From NCBI RefSeq assembly GCF_056712565.1, contig NZ_CM160072.1: a stretch of DNA of 64,000 nucleotides; one strand, 5' to 3'. A model generated the notes under the pieces. The model was not told the DNA's origin and ran no database searches. It saw only the letters and a program-made list of their open reading frames with translations. The position numbers were made by a program, and so were the translations under genes. Each line of letters starts with the position of its first letter. The stretch's first letter is position 1. Positions 29,227 through 42,627 of the stretch are shown here, piece by piece.

Positions 29227-29780
29227 CAGCAGCCTCCTGGAGACAGCGGATTTGCCAGCCAGTCACCGTAGGCTCTGGCGTGGCTCGCCAGCTCCTGTGC
29301 GCTTTGCCGTCTCGCCCAGTAAATAATGATGGGGCTTAACCAATGCATCCGGCACATGCCCGCCGCCAGTTCAAAGGGGCGCAGAACATCGCTCATCGGA
29401 TAGCGATTCAACGCGTCATAACGGTAAGCACTTTCCGGCTCCCCGGTGGTAATCACGCTACGCCAGTACTTTCCCGCCAGTTGGTTTCCCCCCGGTCCGC
29501 TGGCAAAACCACGGCTTAATACCCGGTCCAGCCACTCTTTCAGTAGCGCCGGGCAGCTATAGGTATAAAGAGGATGCTGAAAGACAATCACCTCGTGCTC
29601 GCGCAGTAATGCCTGCTCACGAGGGATATCAATAAAAAAGTCGGGATAGTGCGCGTAAAGGTCGTGCACGGTAACATTGCTGAGCTGCGTGGCCGGTTTA
29701 AGCAGAACCCGGTTTGCCACCGAGTCCTGAGATTCCGGATGGGCATACAGCAGCAAAACTTTCGCTGGCTGAGACATCAT
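29226..29780 (-). CDS. kefG: KefB ancillary protein KefG (flavodoxin-like oxidoreductase)
   Basis: 184-aa ORF immediately upstream of and overlapping kefB. Confidence 0.9.
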
Positions 29781-29907
29781 CCCCCTCCCGGTATGGTTTT
29801 TGTGTATAGTCGCTGTTTTGGGCTACCATTGCGCCCGGTGCGGCAGCTCGCCCATACATTACATTATCATAATGATAAGTTAACATAGTCTGAACATACG
29901 GCGCCTT

Positions 29908-31821
29908 ATGATTGTTTTTTCCTCGTTACAAATTCGTCGCGGCGTGCGCATCCTGCTGGATAATGCCACCGCCACCATCAACCCTGGGCAGAAAGTCGGC
30001 CTGGTGGGTAAAAACGGCTGTGGTAAATCTACTCTGCTGGCATTGCTGAAAAATGAAATCAGCGCCGACGGCGGCAGCTACACCTTTCCGGTAAGCTGGC
30101 AACTGGCGTGGGTGAATCAGGAAACACCGGCGTTACCGCAAGCGGCGCTGGAATATGTCATTGACGGCGACCGTGAATATCGTCAACTGGAAGCGCAGCT
30201 ACACGACGCCAACGAACGTAACGACGGGCACGCCATTGCGACCATTCATGGCAAGCTGGATGCTATTGACGCATGGAGTATTCGCTCCCGTGCCGCCAGC
30301 CTGCTGCACGGCCTCGGTTTCAGCAATGAACAACTGGAGCGCCCGGTAAGTGATTTCTCCGGTGGCTGGCGTATGCGTCTTAACCTTGCCCAGGCGCTGA
30401 TTTGCCGTTCAGACTTGCTGCTGCTCGACGAACCGACTAACCACCTCGATCTCGATGCCGTTATCTGGCTGGAAAAATGGCTGAAGAGCTATCAGGGCAC
30501 GCTGATCCTGATCTCTCACGATCGCGATTTCCTCGATCCGATCGTTGATAAAATTATTCATATCGAACAACAAAGCATGTTCGAGTACACCGGCAACTAC
30601 AGTTCGTTTGAAGTACAGCGCGCCACCCGTCTGGCGCAGCAACAAGCGATGTATGAAAGCCAGCAGGAACGCGTAGCGCATCTGCAAAGTTATATCGACC
30701 GTTTCCGTGCCAAAGCCACCAAAGCGAAGCAGGCCCAGAGCCGCATTAAGATGCTTGAGCGTATGGAGCTGATTGCCCCCGCGCACGTCGACAACCCGTT
30801 CCGCTTTAGCTTCCGCGCGCCGGAAAGCCTGCCAAATCCGTTACTGAAGATGGCAAAAGTCAGCGCAGGCTATGGCGATCGCATTATTCTCGACTCGATT
30901 AAACTGAATCTGGTCCCCGGCTCGCGCATTGGTCTGCTAGGCCGCAACGGCGCGGGTAAATCGACATTAATCAAACTGTTAGCCGGCGAACTTGCGCCAG
31001 TCAGCGGTGAAATTGGTCTGGCGAAAGGGATCAAGCTCGGCTACTTCGCCCAGCATCAACTGGAATACCTGCGCGCCGACGAATCGCCTATTCAACATCT
31101 GGCACGTTTAGCGCCGCAGGAGCTGGAGCAAAAACTGCGTGACTACCTCGGCGGCTTTGGTTTCCAGGGCGATAAAGTAACCGAAGAAACGCGCCGCTTC
31201 TCCGGTGGGGAAAAAGCCCGCCTGGTGCTGGCATTAATTGTCTGGCAGCGTCCGAATCTGCTGCTGCTCGACGAACCGACCAACCACCTTGACCTCGACA
31301 TGCGTCAGGCACTCACCGAAGCATTAATCGAGTTCGAAGGCGCGCTGGTTGTCGTCTCGCACGACCGTCATTTGCTGCGTTCCACCACTGACGATCTCTA
31401 CCTGGTTCACGATCGTAAAGTCGAACCGTTCGACGGCGATCTGGAAGATTATCAACAGTGGTTGAGCGACGTACAAAAGCAGGAAAACCAGACCGACGAA
31501 GCGCCAAAAGAGAACGCGAACAGCGCCCAGGCACGTAAAGATCAGAAGCGTCGGGAAGCGGAGCTGCGTGCGCAAACCCAGCCACTGCGTAAAGAGATTG
31601 CCCGTCTGGAAAAAGAGATGGAGAAGCTGAACGCGCAACTGGCGCAGGCGGAAGAGAAACTCGGCGACAGCGAACTGTACGATCAAAGCCGTAAAGCGGA
31701 GTTGACCGCCTGCCTGCAACAGCAAGCCAGCGCCAAATCCGGCCTGGAAGAGTGCGAAATGGCATGGCTGGAAGCCCAGGAGCAGCTTGAGCAGATGCTG
31801 CTGGAAGGCCAAAGCAACTGA
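29908..31821 (+). CDS. yheS: ABC-F family ATPase YheS
   Basis: 637-aa ORF with two ABC ATPase domains and coiled-coil C-terminus. Confidence 0.9.
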   Translation: MIVFSSLQIRRGVRILLDNATATINPGQKVGLVGKNGCGKSTLLALLKNEISADGGSYTFPVSWQLAWVNQETPALPQAALEYVIDGDREYRQLEAQLHDANERNDGHAIATIHGKLDAIDAWSIRSRAASLLHGLGFSNEQLERPVSDFSGGWRMRLNLAQALICRSDLLLLDEPTNHLDLDAVIWLEKWLKSYQGTLILISHDRDFLDPIVDKIIHIEQQSMFEYTGNYSSFEVQRATRLAQQQAMYESQQERVAHLQSYIDRFRAKATKAKQAQSRIKMLERMELIAPAHVDNPFRFSFRAPESLPNPLLKMAKVSAGYGDRIILDSIKLNLVPGSRIGLLGRNGAGKSTLIKLLAGELAPVSGEIGLAKGIKLGYFAQHQLEYLRADESPIQHLARLAPQELEQKLRDYLGGFGFQGDKVTEETRRFSGGEKARLVLALIVWQRPNLLLLDEPTNHLDLDMRQALTEALIEFEGALVVVSHDRHLLRSTTDDLYLVHDRKVEPFDGDLEDYQQWLSDVQKQENQTDEAPKENANSAQARKDQKRREAELRAQTQPLRKEIARLEKEMEKLNAQLAQAEEKLGDSELYDQSRKAELTACLQQQASAKSGLEECEMAWLEAQEQLEQMLLEGQSN

Positions 31822-32843
31822 TGGCGCAGATAACAACGACCGATGCCAATGAATTTAGCAGCAGTGCTAAATTCACCCCTATGCGCGGCTTTAGCAATTG
31901 TCATCTACAAACCATGCTGCCGCGTCTGTTCCGTCGCAAGGTGAAATTCACCCCGTACTGGCAGCGGCTGGAGTTGCCCGACGGCGATTTTGTCGATCTC
32001 GCGTGGAGTGAAGATCCTGCACAGGCGCGGCATAAACCGCGTTTAGTGGTATTTCACGGGCTGGAAGGCAGTCTCAATAGCCCTTACGCTCACGGTCTGG
32101 TTGAGGCGGCGCAAAAGCGCGGCTGGCTGGGCGTGGTGATGCATTTTCGCGGATGCAGCGGTGAACCAAACCGTATGCACCGCATTTACCATTCGGGCGA
32201 AACCGAAGACGCCAGTTGGTTTTTACGCTGGCTGCAACGCGAGTTTGGTCATGCGCCAACGGCTGCCGTCGGCTATTCGCTCGGCGGTAATATGCTGGCC
32301 TGTTTGCTGGCAAAAGAAGGCAATGATCTCCCGATTGATGCGGCAGTGATTGTCTCTGCGCCGTTTATGCTGGAGGCCTGTAGTTACCATATGGAAAAGG
32401 GCTTTTCCCGCATTTATCAGCGTTACTTGCTGAACCTGTTAAAAGCCAATGCCGCGCGCAAGCTGGCAGCCTACCCCGGAACACTGCCGATTAATCTCAC
32501 GCAGTTAAAATCGGTACGTCGCATCCGTGAATTTGACGATCTCATCACCGCCAGAATTCACGGCTACGCTGACGCTATCGACTATTATCGTCAGTGTAGC
32601 GCCATGCCGATGCTCAATCGGATAGCCAAACCGACACTGATTATTCACGCCAAAGACGATCCGTTTATGGATCATCAGGTGATCCCGAAACCGGAAAGTC
32701 TCCCCCCGCAGGTGGAGTATCAGCTGACTGAACATGGCGGTCATGTTGGCTTTATTGGCGGTACATTACTTCATCCGCAAATGTGGCTGGAGTCACGCAT
32801 TCCTGACTGGTTAACAACGTATCTGGAGGCGAAATCATGTTGA
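31821..32843 (+). CDS. yheT: Alpha/beta hydrolase YheT
   Basis: 340-aa ORF with GYSLGG nucleophile-elbow motif. Confidence 0.85.
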   Translation: MAQITTTDANEFSSSAKFTPMRGFSNCHLQTMLPRLFRRKVKFTPYWQRLELPDGDFVDLAWSEDPAQARHKPRLVVFHGLEGSLNSPYAHGLVEAAQKRGWLGVVMHFRGCSGEPNRMHRIYHSGETEDASWFLRWLQREFGHAPTAAVGYSLGGNMLACLLAKEGNDLPIDAAVIVSAPFMLEACSYHMEKGFSRIYQRYLLNLLKANAARKLAAYPGTLPINLTQLKSVRRIREFDDLITARIHGYADAIDYYRQCSAMPMLNRIAKPTLIIHAKDDPFMDHQVIPKPESLPPQVEYQLTEHGGHVGFIGGTLLHPQMWLESRIPDWLTTYLEAKSC

Positions 32844-33055
32844 TTCCGTGGCAAGACCTCTCCCCCGAAACGCTGGAAAATTTAATTGAAAGCTTTGTGT
32901 TACGTGAAGGCACCGATTATGGTGAACATGAGCGTACACTTGAACAGAAAGTCTCCGACGTCAAACGCCAGCTACAGTGCGGAGAAGCGGTGCTGGTATG
33001 GTCGGAGCTGCACGAAACGGTCAATATCATGCCGCGCAGTCAGTTTCGCGAATAA
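32837..33055 (+). CDS. yheU: Uncharacterised protein YheU
   Basis: 72-aa ORF overlapping yheT stop. Confidence 0.75.
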   Translation: MLIPWQDLSPETLENLIESFVLREGTDYGEHERTLEQKVSDVKRQLQCGEAVLVWSELHETVNIMPRSQFRE

Positions 33056-33108
33056 CCTGCAACCGTCGGCGGACGAGATAATAATGATAGCTAAGTCATG
33101 GAGTTACT

Positions 33109-33978
33109 ATGTCTGCCAAACATCCGGTCATTGCGGTAACAGGATCCAGCGGCGCGGGGACCACCACCACCAGCCTCGCGTTTCGTAAAATATTCGCGCA
33201 GTTAAATCTGCATGCAGCCGAGGTGGAAGGCGACAGTTTTCACCGTTATACCCGCCCGGAAATGGACATGGCGATCCGCAAAGCGCGCGACGCCGGGCGG
33301 CATATCAGCTACTTCGGCCCCGAAGCGAACGACTTCGGCCTTCTGGAACAAACCTTCATTGAATACGGTCAGAGTGGCAAAGGGAAATCTCGCAAATATC
33401 TGCATACCTACGATGAAGCCGTACCGTGGAATCAGGTACCGGGGACATTCACCCCCTGGCAATCTTTACCGGAACCCACTGATGTACTGTTTTATGAAGG
33501 TTTACACGGCGGCGTAGTCACGCCACAGCATAACGTTGCGCAGCATGTGGACTTACTGGTCGGCGTGGTGCCTATCGTTAACCTTGAGTGGATTCAAAAA
33601 CTGATCCGCGACACCAGCGAGCGCGGGCACTCACGAGAAGCAGTGATGGACTCGGTAGTGCGTTCAATGGAAGACTATATCAACTACATCACACCGCAGT
33701 TTTCCCGCACCCATCTTAACTTCCAGCGCGTTCCCACCGTCGACACCTCAAACCCGTTCGCGGCAAAAGGTATCCCGTCGCTGGATGAAAGCTTTGTGGT
33801 GATCCATTTTCGTAATCTGGAAGGGATCGATTTCCCCTGGCTGCTGGCGATGTTGCAAGGCTCATTCATTTCCCACATCAATACGTTAGTGGTGCCTGGC
33901 GGCAAAATGGGTCTGGCAATGGAATTAATTATGCTGCCGCTGGTGCAACGATTGATGGAAGGAAAGAAAATCGAGTAA
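33109..33978 (+). CDS. prkB: Phosphoribulokinase homologue
   Basis: 289-aa ORF with P-loop GSSGAGTTT. Confidence 0.85.
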   Translation: MSAKHPVIAVTGSSGAGTTTTSLAFRKIFAQLNLHAAEVEGDSFHRYTRPEMDMAIRKARDAGRHISYFGPEANDFGLLEQTFIEYGQSGKGKSRKYLHTYDEAVPWNQVPGTFTPWQSLPEPTDVLFYEGLHGGVVTPQHNVAQHVDLLVGVVPIVNLEWIQKLIRDTSERGHSREAVMDSVVRSMEDYINYITPQFSRTHLNFQRVPTVDTSNPFAAKGIPSLDESFVVIHFRNLEGIDFPWLLAMLQGSFISHINTLVVPGGKMGLAMELIMLPLVQRLMEGKKIE

Positions 33979-34032
33979 CGCTGCTATTACGCCGGATAAA
34001 ATACTATCCGGCTTCACAACGGGATAGTTAAA

Positions 34033-34437
34033 TCACGCGGCAACCACTTCATACGAGTGAGTAATATTCACCGCTTTTTCCAGCATCAGCGCCACTGAAC
34101 AATATTTCTCGGCAGAAAGATCAACTGCACGCGCAACCGCTGCGTCTTTCAGGTCGCGACCGGTGACGATAAAATGCAGATTAATGTGCGTAAACAGGCG
34201 TGGTGCCTCTTCGCGGCGCTCAGAGGTCAATTTTACTTCACAATCGACCACATCCTGACGCCCTTTTTGCAGGATAGAAACCACATCGATGGCACTGCAA
34301 CCACCCGCTGCCATCAACACCATTTCCATCGGGCTTGGTGCTTTATCGCCTGAGTTGCCGTCCATTAAAATCTGGTGACCAGAGGCGGATTCGCCCAGAA
34401 AAGTTAACCCTTCGACCCACTTCACTCGCGCTTGCAT
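34033..34437 (-). CDS. yhfA: OsmC-family protein YhfA
   Basis: 134-aa ORF. Confidence 0.85.
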   Translation of the reverse strand: MQARVKWVEGLTFLGESASGHQILMDGNSGDKAPSPMEMVLMAAGGCSAIDVVSILQKGRQDVVDCEVKLTSERREEAPRLFTHINLHFIVTGRDLKDAAVARAVDLSAEKYCSVALMLEKAVNITHSYEVVAA

Positions 34438-34738
34438 TTTTGCTACTCCACTGCGTCAATTTTCCTGACAGAGTACGCGTACTAACCAAATCGCGCAACG
34501 GAAGGCGACCTGGGTCATGCTGAAGCGAGACACCAGGAGACACAAAGCGAAAGCTATGCTAAAACAGTCAGGATGCTACAGTAATATATTGATGTACTGC
34601 ATGTATGCAAAGGACGCCACATTACCGTGCAGTACAGTTGATAGCCCCTTCCCAGGTAGCGGGAAGCATATTTCGGCAATCCAGAGACAGCGGCGTTATC
34701 TGGCTCTGGAGAAAGCTTATAACAGAGGATAACCGCGC

Positions 34739-35371
34739 ATGGTGCTTGGCAAACCGCAAACAGACCCGACTCTCGAATGGTTCTTGTCTCATTGCCACAT
34801 TCATAAGTACCCATCCAAGAGCACGCTTATTCACCAGGGTGAAAAAGCGGAAACGCTGTACTACATCGTTAAAGGCTCTGTGGCAGTGCTGATCAAAGAC
34901 GAAGAGGGTAAAGAAATGATCCTCTCCTATCTGAATCAGGGTGATTTTATTGGCGAACTGGGCCTGTTTGAAGAGGGCCAGGAACGTAGCGCATGGGTAC
35001 GTGCGAAAACCGCCTGTGAAGTGGCTGAAATTTCGTACAAAAAATTTCGCCAATTGATTCAGGTAAACCCGGACATTCTGATGCGTCTGTCTGCACAGAT
35101 GGCGCGTCGTCTGCAAGTCACTTCAGAGAAAGTGGGCAACCTGGCGTTCCTCGACGTGACGGGCCGCATTGCACAGACTCTGCTGAATCTGGCAAAACAA
35201 CCGGATGCTATGACTCACCCGGACGGTATGCAAATCAAAATTACCCGTCAGGAAATCGGTCAGATTGTCGGCTGTTCTCGTGAAACCGTGGGACGCATTC
35301 TGAAGATGCTGGAAGATCAGAACCTGATCTCCGCACACGGTAAAACCATCGTCGTTTACGGCACTCGTTAA
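34739..35371 (+). CDS. crp: cAMP receptor protein (catabolite activator protein)
   Basis: 210-aa [53 protein letters not shown]... Confidence 0.98.
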
Positions 35372-35421
35372 TCCCGTCAGAGTGGCGCGTTACCTGGTAG
35401 CGCGCCATTTTGTTTCCCCCG

Positions 35422-37512
35422 ATGTGGCGCAGACTGATTTATCACCCCGATATCAACTATGCACTTCGACAAACGCTGGTGCTATGTTTGCCCGTGGCCG
35501 TTGGGTTAATGCTTGGCGAATTACGATTCGGCCTGCTCTTCTCCCTCGTTCCTGCCTGTTGCAATATTGCGGGCCTTGATACGCCTCATAAACGTTTTTT
35601 CAAACGCTTAATCATTGGTGCGTCGCTGTTTGCCACCTGTAGCTTGCTGACACAGGTGCTACTGGCAAAAGATGTTCCCCTGCCCTTTTTGCTGACCGGA
35701 TTAACGCTGGTACTTGGCGTCACTGCTGAACTGGGGCCATTGCACGCAAAATTGCTTCCCGCATCGCTGCTCGCTGCCATTTTTACCCTCAGTCTGGCGG
35801 GATACATGCCGGTCTGGGAACCGTTGCTCATCTATGCGCTGGGCACTTTGTGGTACGGATTGTTTAACTGGTTTTGGTTCTGGATCTGGCGCGAACAACC
35901 GCTACGCGAGTCACTAAGTCTGCTGTACCGTGAACTGGCAGATTACTGTGAAGCCAAATACAGCCTGCTTACCCAGCACACCGACCCTGATAAAGCGCTG
36001 CCGCCGCTGCTGGTGCGCCAGCAAAAAGCGGTCGATCTAATTACCCAGTGCTATCAGCAAATGCATATGCTTTCCGCGCAAAATAATACCGATTACAAGC
36101 GGATGCTGCGTATTTTCCAGGAGGCGCTGGATTTGCAGGAACATATTTCGGTCAGTTTGCATCAGCCGGAAGAGGTGCAAAAGCTGGTCGAGCGTAGCCA
36201 TGCGGAAGAAGTTATCCGCTGGAATGCGCAAACCGTCGCCGCTCGCCTGCGCGTGCTGGCTGATGACATTCTTTACCATCGCCTGCCAACGCGTTTTACG
36301 ATGGAAAAGCAAATTGGCGCACTGGAAAAAATCGCCCGCCAACACCCGGATAATCCGGTTGGGCAATTCTGCTACTGGCATTTCAGCCGCATTGCTCGTG
36401 TGCTGCGCACCCAAAAACCGCTCTATGCCCGTGACTTACTGGCCGATAAACAGCGGCGAATGCCATTACTTCCGGCGCTGAAAAGTTATCTGTCACTAAA
36501 GTCTCCAGCGCTACGCAATGCCGGACGACTCAGTGTGATGTTAAGCGTTGCCAGCCTGATGGGCACCGCGCTTCATCTGCCGAAGTCGTACTGGATCCTG
36601 ATGACAGTATTGCTGGTGACGCAAAATGGCTATGGCGCAACCCGTCTGAGGATTGTAAATCGCTCCGTGGGAACCGTGGTCGGGTTAATCATTGCAGGCG
36701 TGACGCTACACTTTAAAATTCCCGAAGGTTACACCCTGACCTTGATGCTGATTACCACCCTCGCCAGCTACCTGATATTGCGCAAAAACTACGGCTGGGC
36801 GACGGTCGGTTTTACTATTACCGCAGTGTATACCCTGCAACTGTTGTGGCTGAACGGTGAGCAGTACATCCTTCCGCGTCTTATCGATACCATTATTGGT
36901 TGTTTAATTGCTTTCGGCGGTACTGTCTGGCTGTGGCCGCAGTGGCAGAGCGGGTTATTGCGTAAGAACGCCCATGACGCTTTAGAAGCCTATCAGGACG
37001 CGATTCGCTTGATTCTGAGCGAGGACCCGCAACCTACGCCACTGGCCTGGCAGCGAATGCGGGTGAATCAGGCGCATAACACTCTGTATAACTCATTGAA
37101 TCAGGCGATGCAGGAACCGGCGTTTAACAGCCATTATCTGGCAGATATGAAACTGTGGGTAACGCACAGCCAGTTCATTGTTGAGCATATTAATGCCATG
37201 ACCACGCTGGCGCGGGAACACCGGGCATTGCCACCGGAACTGGCACAAGAGTATTTACAGTCTTGTGAAATCGCCATTCAGCGTTGTCAGCAGCGACTGG
37301 AGTATGACGAACCGGGTAGTTCTGGCGATGCCAATATCATGGATGCGCCGGAGATGCAGCCGCACGAAGGCGCGGCAGGTACGCTGGAGCAGCATTTACA
37401 ACGGGTTATTGGTCATCTGAACACCATGCACACCATTTCGTCGATGGCATGGCGGCAGCGACCGCATCACGGGATTTGGCTGAGTCGCAAGTTGCGGGAT
37501 TCGAAGGCGTAA
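35422..37512 (+). CDS. yhfK: FUSC-family inner-membrane protein YhfK
   Basis: ~696-aa polytopic ORF from MWRRLIYHPD... Confidence 0.85.
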   Translation: MWRRLIYHPDINYALRQTLVLCLPVAVGLMLGELRFGLLFSLVPACCNIAGLDTPHKRFFKRLIIGASLFATCSLLTQVLLAKDVPLPFLLTGLTLVLGVTAELGPLHAKLLPASLLAAIFTLSLAGYMPVWEPLLIYALGTLWYGLFNWFWFWIWREQPLRESLSLLYRELADYCEAKYSLLTQHTDPDKALPPLLVRQQKAVDLITQCYQQMHMLSAQNNTDYKRMLRIFQEALDLQEHISVSLHQPEEVQKLVERSHAEEVIRWNAQTVAARLRVLADDILYHRLPTRFTMEKQIGALEKIARQHPDNPVGQFCYWHFSRIARVLRTQKPLYARDLLADKQRRMPLLPALKSYLSLKSPALRNAGRLSVMLSVASLMGTALHLPKSYWILMTVLLVTQNGYGATRLRIVNRSVGTVVGLIIAGVTLHFKIPEGYTLTLMLITTLASYLILRKNYGWATVGFTITAVYTLQLLWLNGEQYILPRLIDTIIGCLIAFGGTVWLWPQWQSGLLRKNAHDALEAYQDAIRLILSEDPQPTPLAWQRMRVNQAHNTLYNSLNQAMQEPAFNSHYLADMKLWVTHSQFIVEHINAMTTLAREHRALPPELAQEYLQSCEIAIQRCQQRLEYDEPGSSGDANIMDAPEMQPHEGAAGTLEQHLQRVIGHLNTMHTISSMAWRQRPHHGIWLSRKLRDSKA

Positions 37513-37525
37513 TACAGGCTAAACC

Positions 37526-37556
37526 ATCGGATGAGGTGTTCACGCCGCATCCGACA
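37526..37556. repeat. REP-like palindromic element between yhfK and argD
   Basis: tcggatg-aggtgttcacgc-cgcatccga inverted repeat resembling the REP consensus (GCCGGATGCGGCGTGAAC...). Confidence 0.5.
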
Positions 37557-37578
37557 TCTTTTGCCTGATGCGTCTTAT

Positions 37579-38813
<1,235 letters not shown>

Positions 38814-38883
38814 TTACGCATAAATAAATATGAAATTATAATCACAAAATATGCATAAAAAATCACTGAATGGCAATCAGAAA

Positions 38884-39447
38884 TCAGCGATGCAGAAAAT
38901 TAGCCAGCAGTTGATGTCCTTGTTCGCTAAGAATACTTTCTGGATGGAATTGCACACCTTCCAGATCCCACTGGCGATGGCGAATCCCCATAATCTCGCG
39001 GGTTTCGCTCCAGGCCGTCACTTCAAAGCACTCCGGTAATGAGTCAGGTTCCACCACCAGCGAATGGTAGCGTGTCACGGTGAGTGGATTTGCCAGCCCC
39101 TTAAATACGCCCACACCATTATGTGTAATCGGCGAGGTTTTGCCGTGCATGACCTTTGCGGCGCGCACAACTTTGCCGCCAAATGCCTGCGCCATTGCCT
39201 GATGACCGAGGCAGACGCCAAGAATCGGCAAGCGTCCGGCATAGTGACGAATAACGTCAAGGGAGATCCCGGCTTCATCTGGCGTACAGGGGCCGGGTGA
39301 GATGACAATTTTTTGTGGTTTAAGGGCGTCGATATCCGCCAACGTCAACGCATCGTTGCGCTTAACCAACACATCCGCCCCCAGTTCACAAAAGTACTGG
39401 TAGAGGTTCCAGGTAAAAGAATCGTAGTTATCAATAAGCAGGATCAT
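38884..39447 (-). CDS. pabA: Aminodeoxychorismate synthase component II (glutamine amidotransferase)
   Basis: 187-aa [22 protein letters not shown]... Confidence 0.95.
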   Translation of the reverse strand: MILLIDNYDSFTWNLYQYFCELGADVLVKRNDALTLADIDALKPQKIVISPGPCTPDEAGISLDVIRHYAGRLPILGVCLGHQAMAQAFGGKVVRAAKVMHGKTSPITHNGVGVFKGLANPLTVTRYHSLVVEPDSLPECFEVTAWSETREIMGIRHRQWDLEGVQFHPESILSEQGHQLLANFLHR

Positions 39448-39478
39448 GGCGGCTCCGGTACGAAAGAACCGCGCTATT

Positions 39479-40081
39479 TTACTCAGATTCCCCGGCTTCG
39501 CTTACCACTTTGCTAAATATCATCTGCAGCGCGGTGAGATCCCCCATTGCCCCATTCTGATTTGCCTGATTCCAGGCCTCTTTTTCGATACCCTGCCAGC
39601 TCAGTTGATATCCGGCATGAATCGCCAGTTGCTCGAAGAAGATCCGCTGTGCCAAACCACTTCCCACCCGGAAGGGATGCAGCACGTTGATTTCACAATA
39701 GTAATGCGCCAGCCGCTCGACGAATTTATCTTTCTCAAGGCTAGTCAGATACTTCTCTTCCTCCAAATCCTGCATCAGGGCATTGCCCTCTTTTTCGAGA
39801 TAGGCAAAGTGGCAGAACGGCGTATCTCCCTGATAAATATCGACTTCGCGCAGTTGCCCCGCCCAGTCGAAAATATCCTGATACAACTGGCGATGAAGAG
39901 TACGCAAATGCGGTAAACCCCGAACCAACGGGCCAAGTTCAATGGTCGCAGCACGCAGCGCCGTCATTTCGTAAGCGGCCTGTTCCAGCCGCTGCTGCTG
40001 GCGGATGTTCAGCCGGTTACGCATGATATCAAGGCCTGGATAAAGATACGGATCGCGCCCTTCGCCGAATTTATCGCTCAT
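39479..40081 (-). CDS. fic: Fic-family protein (adenylyltransferase)
   Basis: 200-aa ORF with Fic motif region HPFRVGSG. Confidence 0.9.
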   Translation of the reverse strand: MSDKFGEGRDPYLYPGLDIMRNRLNIRQQQRLEQAAYEMTALRAATIELGPLVRGLPHLRTLHRQLYQDIFDWAGQLREVDIYQGDTPFCHFAYLEKEGNALMQDLEEEKYLTSLEKDKFVERLAHYYCEINVLHPFRVGSGLAQRIFFEQLAIHAGYQLSWQGIEKEAWNQANQNGAMGDLTALQMIFSKVVSEAGESE

Positions 40082-40238
40082 AGTGCCTCCTCAGCGCTTC
40101 AAGGCGCGCTAAAGCCTCTGCGGCAGTAAGAGTGACTAAAGGCATCTCGACGCCTTCAAGACGGCGACTGGCCTGGAAATTACGATTACGCTGAAGCTCC
40201 CAGAGACGGGACTTTTGCTTATCGGTGAGTTTCTTCAC
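40071..40238 (-). CDS. yhfG: Small protein YhfG (Fic partner / antitoxin-like)
   Basis: 55-codon ORF from a GTG start ([21 protein letters not shown]...), overlapping the fic start; below the ORF-track size cutoff. Confidence 0.7.
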   Translation of the reverse strand: MKKLTDKQKSRLWELQRNRNFQASRRLEGVEMPLVTLTAAEALARLEALRRHYER

Positions 40239-40342
40239 TTGATGCCTCCCTGAACGTGTCCATTTGCCACAAGTATAAGCGGCAAATCCGGGTTACGCCG
40301 GGAGAGCAGAAGCGCGGGCAAGATTGCCCGCGCGAGAAATCA

Positions 40343-40924
<582 letters not shown>

Positions 40925-41184
40925 TTAACAAACAGAGCAGAAAAAAAGCAAGTGAAGAGATTCTAAATAGCCTTCAAGAACAAGGCCATCCCTTTACCTA
41001 ATTTTACGTATCTGAAATATATGTAACCTGAGGATAACTTTTATTCCGTGATCAAAATCACCTCTTAAAATGCAATTTAGCAACCGATTGCAATAAAACA
41101 TTTAATCAGATCACAAAATCGCCTAAAATCGCCCGCTCGCGGCATAGCCCGCTATGCCATTTTATTTTTGAACGCAGGCCAATC

Positions 41185-42366
41185 ATGACTAACAGCAATC
41201 GCATCAAGCTCACATGGATTAGCTTTCTTTCCTACGCACTGACCGGTGCGTTGGTTATTGTCACCGGGATGGTGATGGGAAATATCGCCGATTATTTCAA
41301 TCTGCCTGTTTCCAGCATGAGTAACACCTTCACCTTCCTCAATGCCGGCATTTTAATCTCTATCTTCCTCAACGCCTGGCTGATGGAAATCGTCCCGTTG
41401 AAAACGCAGTTACGTTTTGGCTTTCTCCTGATGGTGCTGGCGGTTGCCGGTTTGATGTTCAGCCACAGCCTGGCGCTGTTCTCGGCGGCGATGTTCATTC
41501 TCGGGGTGGTCAGCGGCATCACCATGTCGATTGGTACATTCCTGGTAACACAAATGTATGAAGGACGTCAGCGCGGTTCACGCCTGTTATTTACCGACTC
41601 CTTCTTCAGTATGGCCGGGATGATTTTCCCAATGATCGCCGCGTTTCTGCTGGCACGTAGCATTGAGTGGTACTGGGTTTATGCCTGCATCGGGCTGGTG
41701 TATGTCGCTATTTTTATTCTGACCTTCGGCTGTGAATTCCCGGCACTGGGCAAACATGCGCCAAAAACAGATGCTCCGGTAGAGAAAGAAAAGTGGGGGA
41801 TCGGCGTACTGTTTCTCTCTGTTGCGGCGCTGTGCTACATCCTCGGTCAGTTAGGTTTTATCTCCTGGGTGCCAGAATATGCCAAAGGCCTGGGCATGAG
41901 CCTGAATGACGCTGGCACGCTGGTAAGTAACTTCTGGATGTCGTACATGGTCGGCATGTGGGCGTTCAGCTTTATTCTTCGCTTCTTTGATTTGCAACGT
42001 ATCCTGACCGTACTGGCTGGTCTGGCTGCGATTCTGATGTACGTCTTTAACACCGGAACACCGGCACATATGGCGTGGTCAATTCTCGCCCTGGGCTTCT
42101 TCTCCAGCGCGATCTATACCACCATCATCACCCTGGGTTCACAGCAGACCAAAGTACCGTCGCCAAAACTGGTTAACTTTGTCCTGACCTGCGGGACCAT
42201 CGGTACTATGTTGACCTTTGTGGTTACCGGCCCGATTGTTGAACATAGTGGTCCGCAGGCGGCGCTGCTGACGGCAAACGGTCTGTACGCTGTCGTCTTT
42301 GTGATGTGCTTCCTGTTAGGTTTCGTCAGCCGTCACCGTCAGCATAACACCCTGACCTCTCATTAA
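41185..42366 (+). CDS. tsgA: MFS transporter TsgA
   Basis: 393-aa 12-TM ORF. Confidence 0.9.
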
Positions 42367-42526
42367 TTGTTCATGCCGGGCGGCACTATCGTCGTCCGGC
42401 CTTTTCCTCTCTTACTCTGCTACGTACATCTATTTCTATAAATCCGTTCAATTTGTCTGTTTTTTGCACAAACATGAAATGTCAGACAATTCCGTGACTT
42501 AAGAAAATTTATACAAATCAGCAATA

Positions 42527-42542
42527 TACCCCTTAAGGAGTA
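42527..42542 (+). promoter_or_regulatory. Candidate NarL/NarP 7-2-7 site of the nirB promoter
   Basis: taccccttaaggagta, centred about 28 bp upstream of the FNR box, consistent with the known -69.5 site. Confidence 0.55.
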
Positions 42543-42555
42543 TATAAAGGTGAAT

Positions 42556-42569
42556 TTGATTTACATCAA
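42556..42569 (+). promoter_or_regulatory. FNR box of the nirB promoter
   Basis: ttgat-ttac-atcaa matches the FNR consensus TTGAT-N4-ATCAA, ~60 bp upstream of the nirB start. Confidence 0.75.
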
Positions 42570-42627
42570 TAAGCGGGGTTGCTGAATCGTTAAGGTAGGC
42601 GGTAATAGAAAAGAAATCGAGGCAAAA

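Noticed and set aside
31313-31897. Minus-strand ORFs of 170-194 aa overlapping the 3' end of yheS
   Set aside because: They overlap a strongly supported ABC-F ATPase gene and translate to Arg/Leu/Ala-rich low-complexity sequence.
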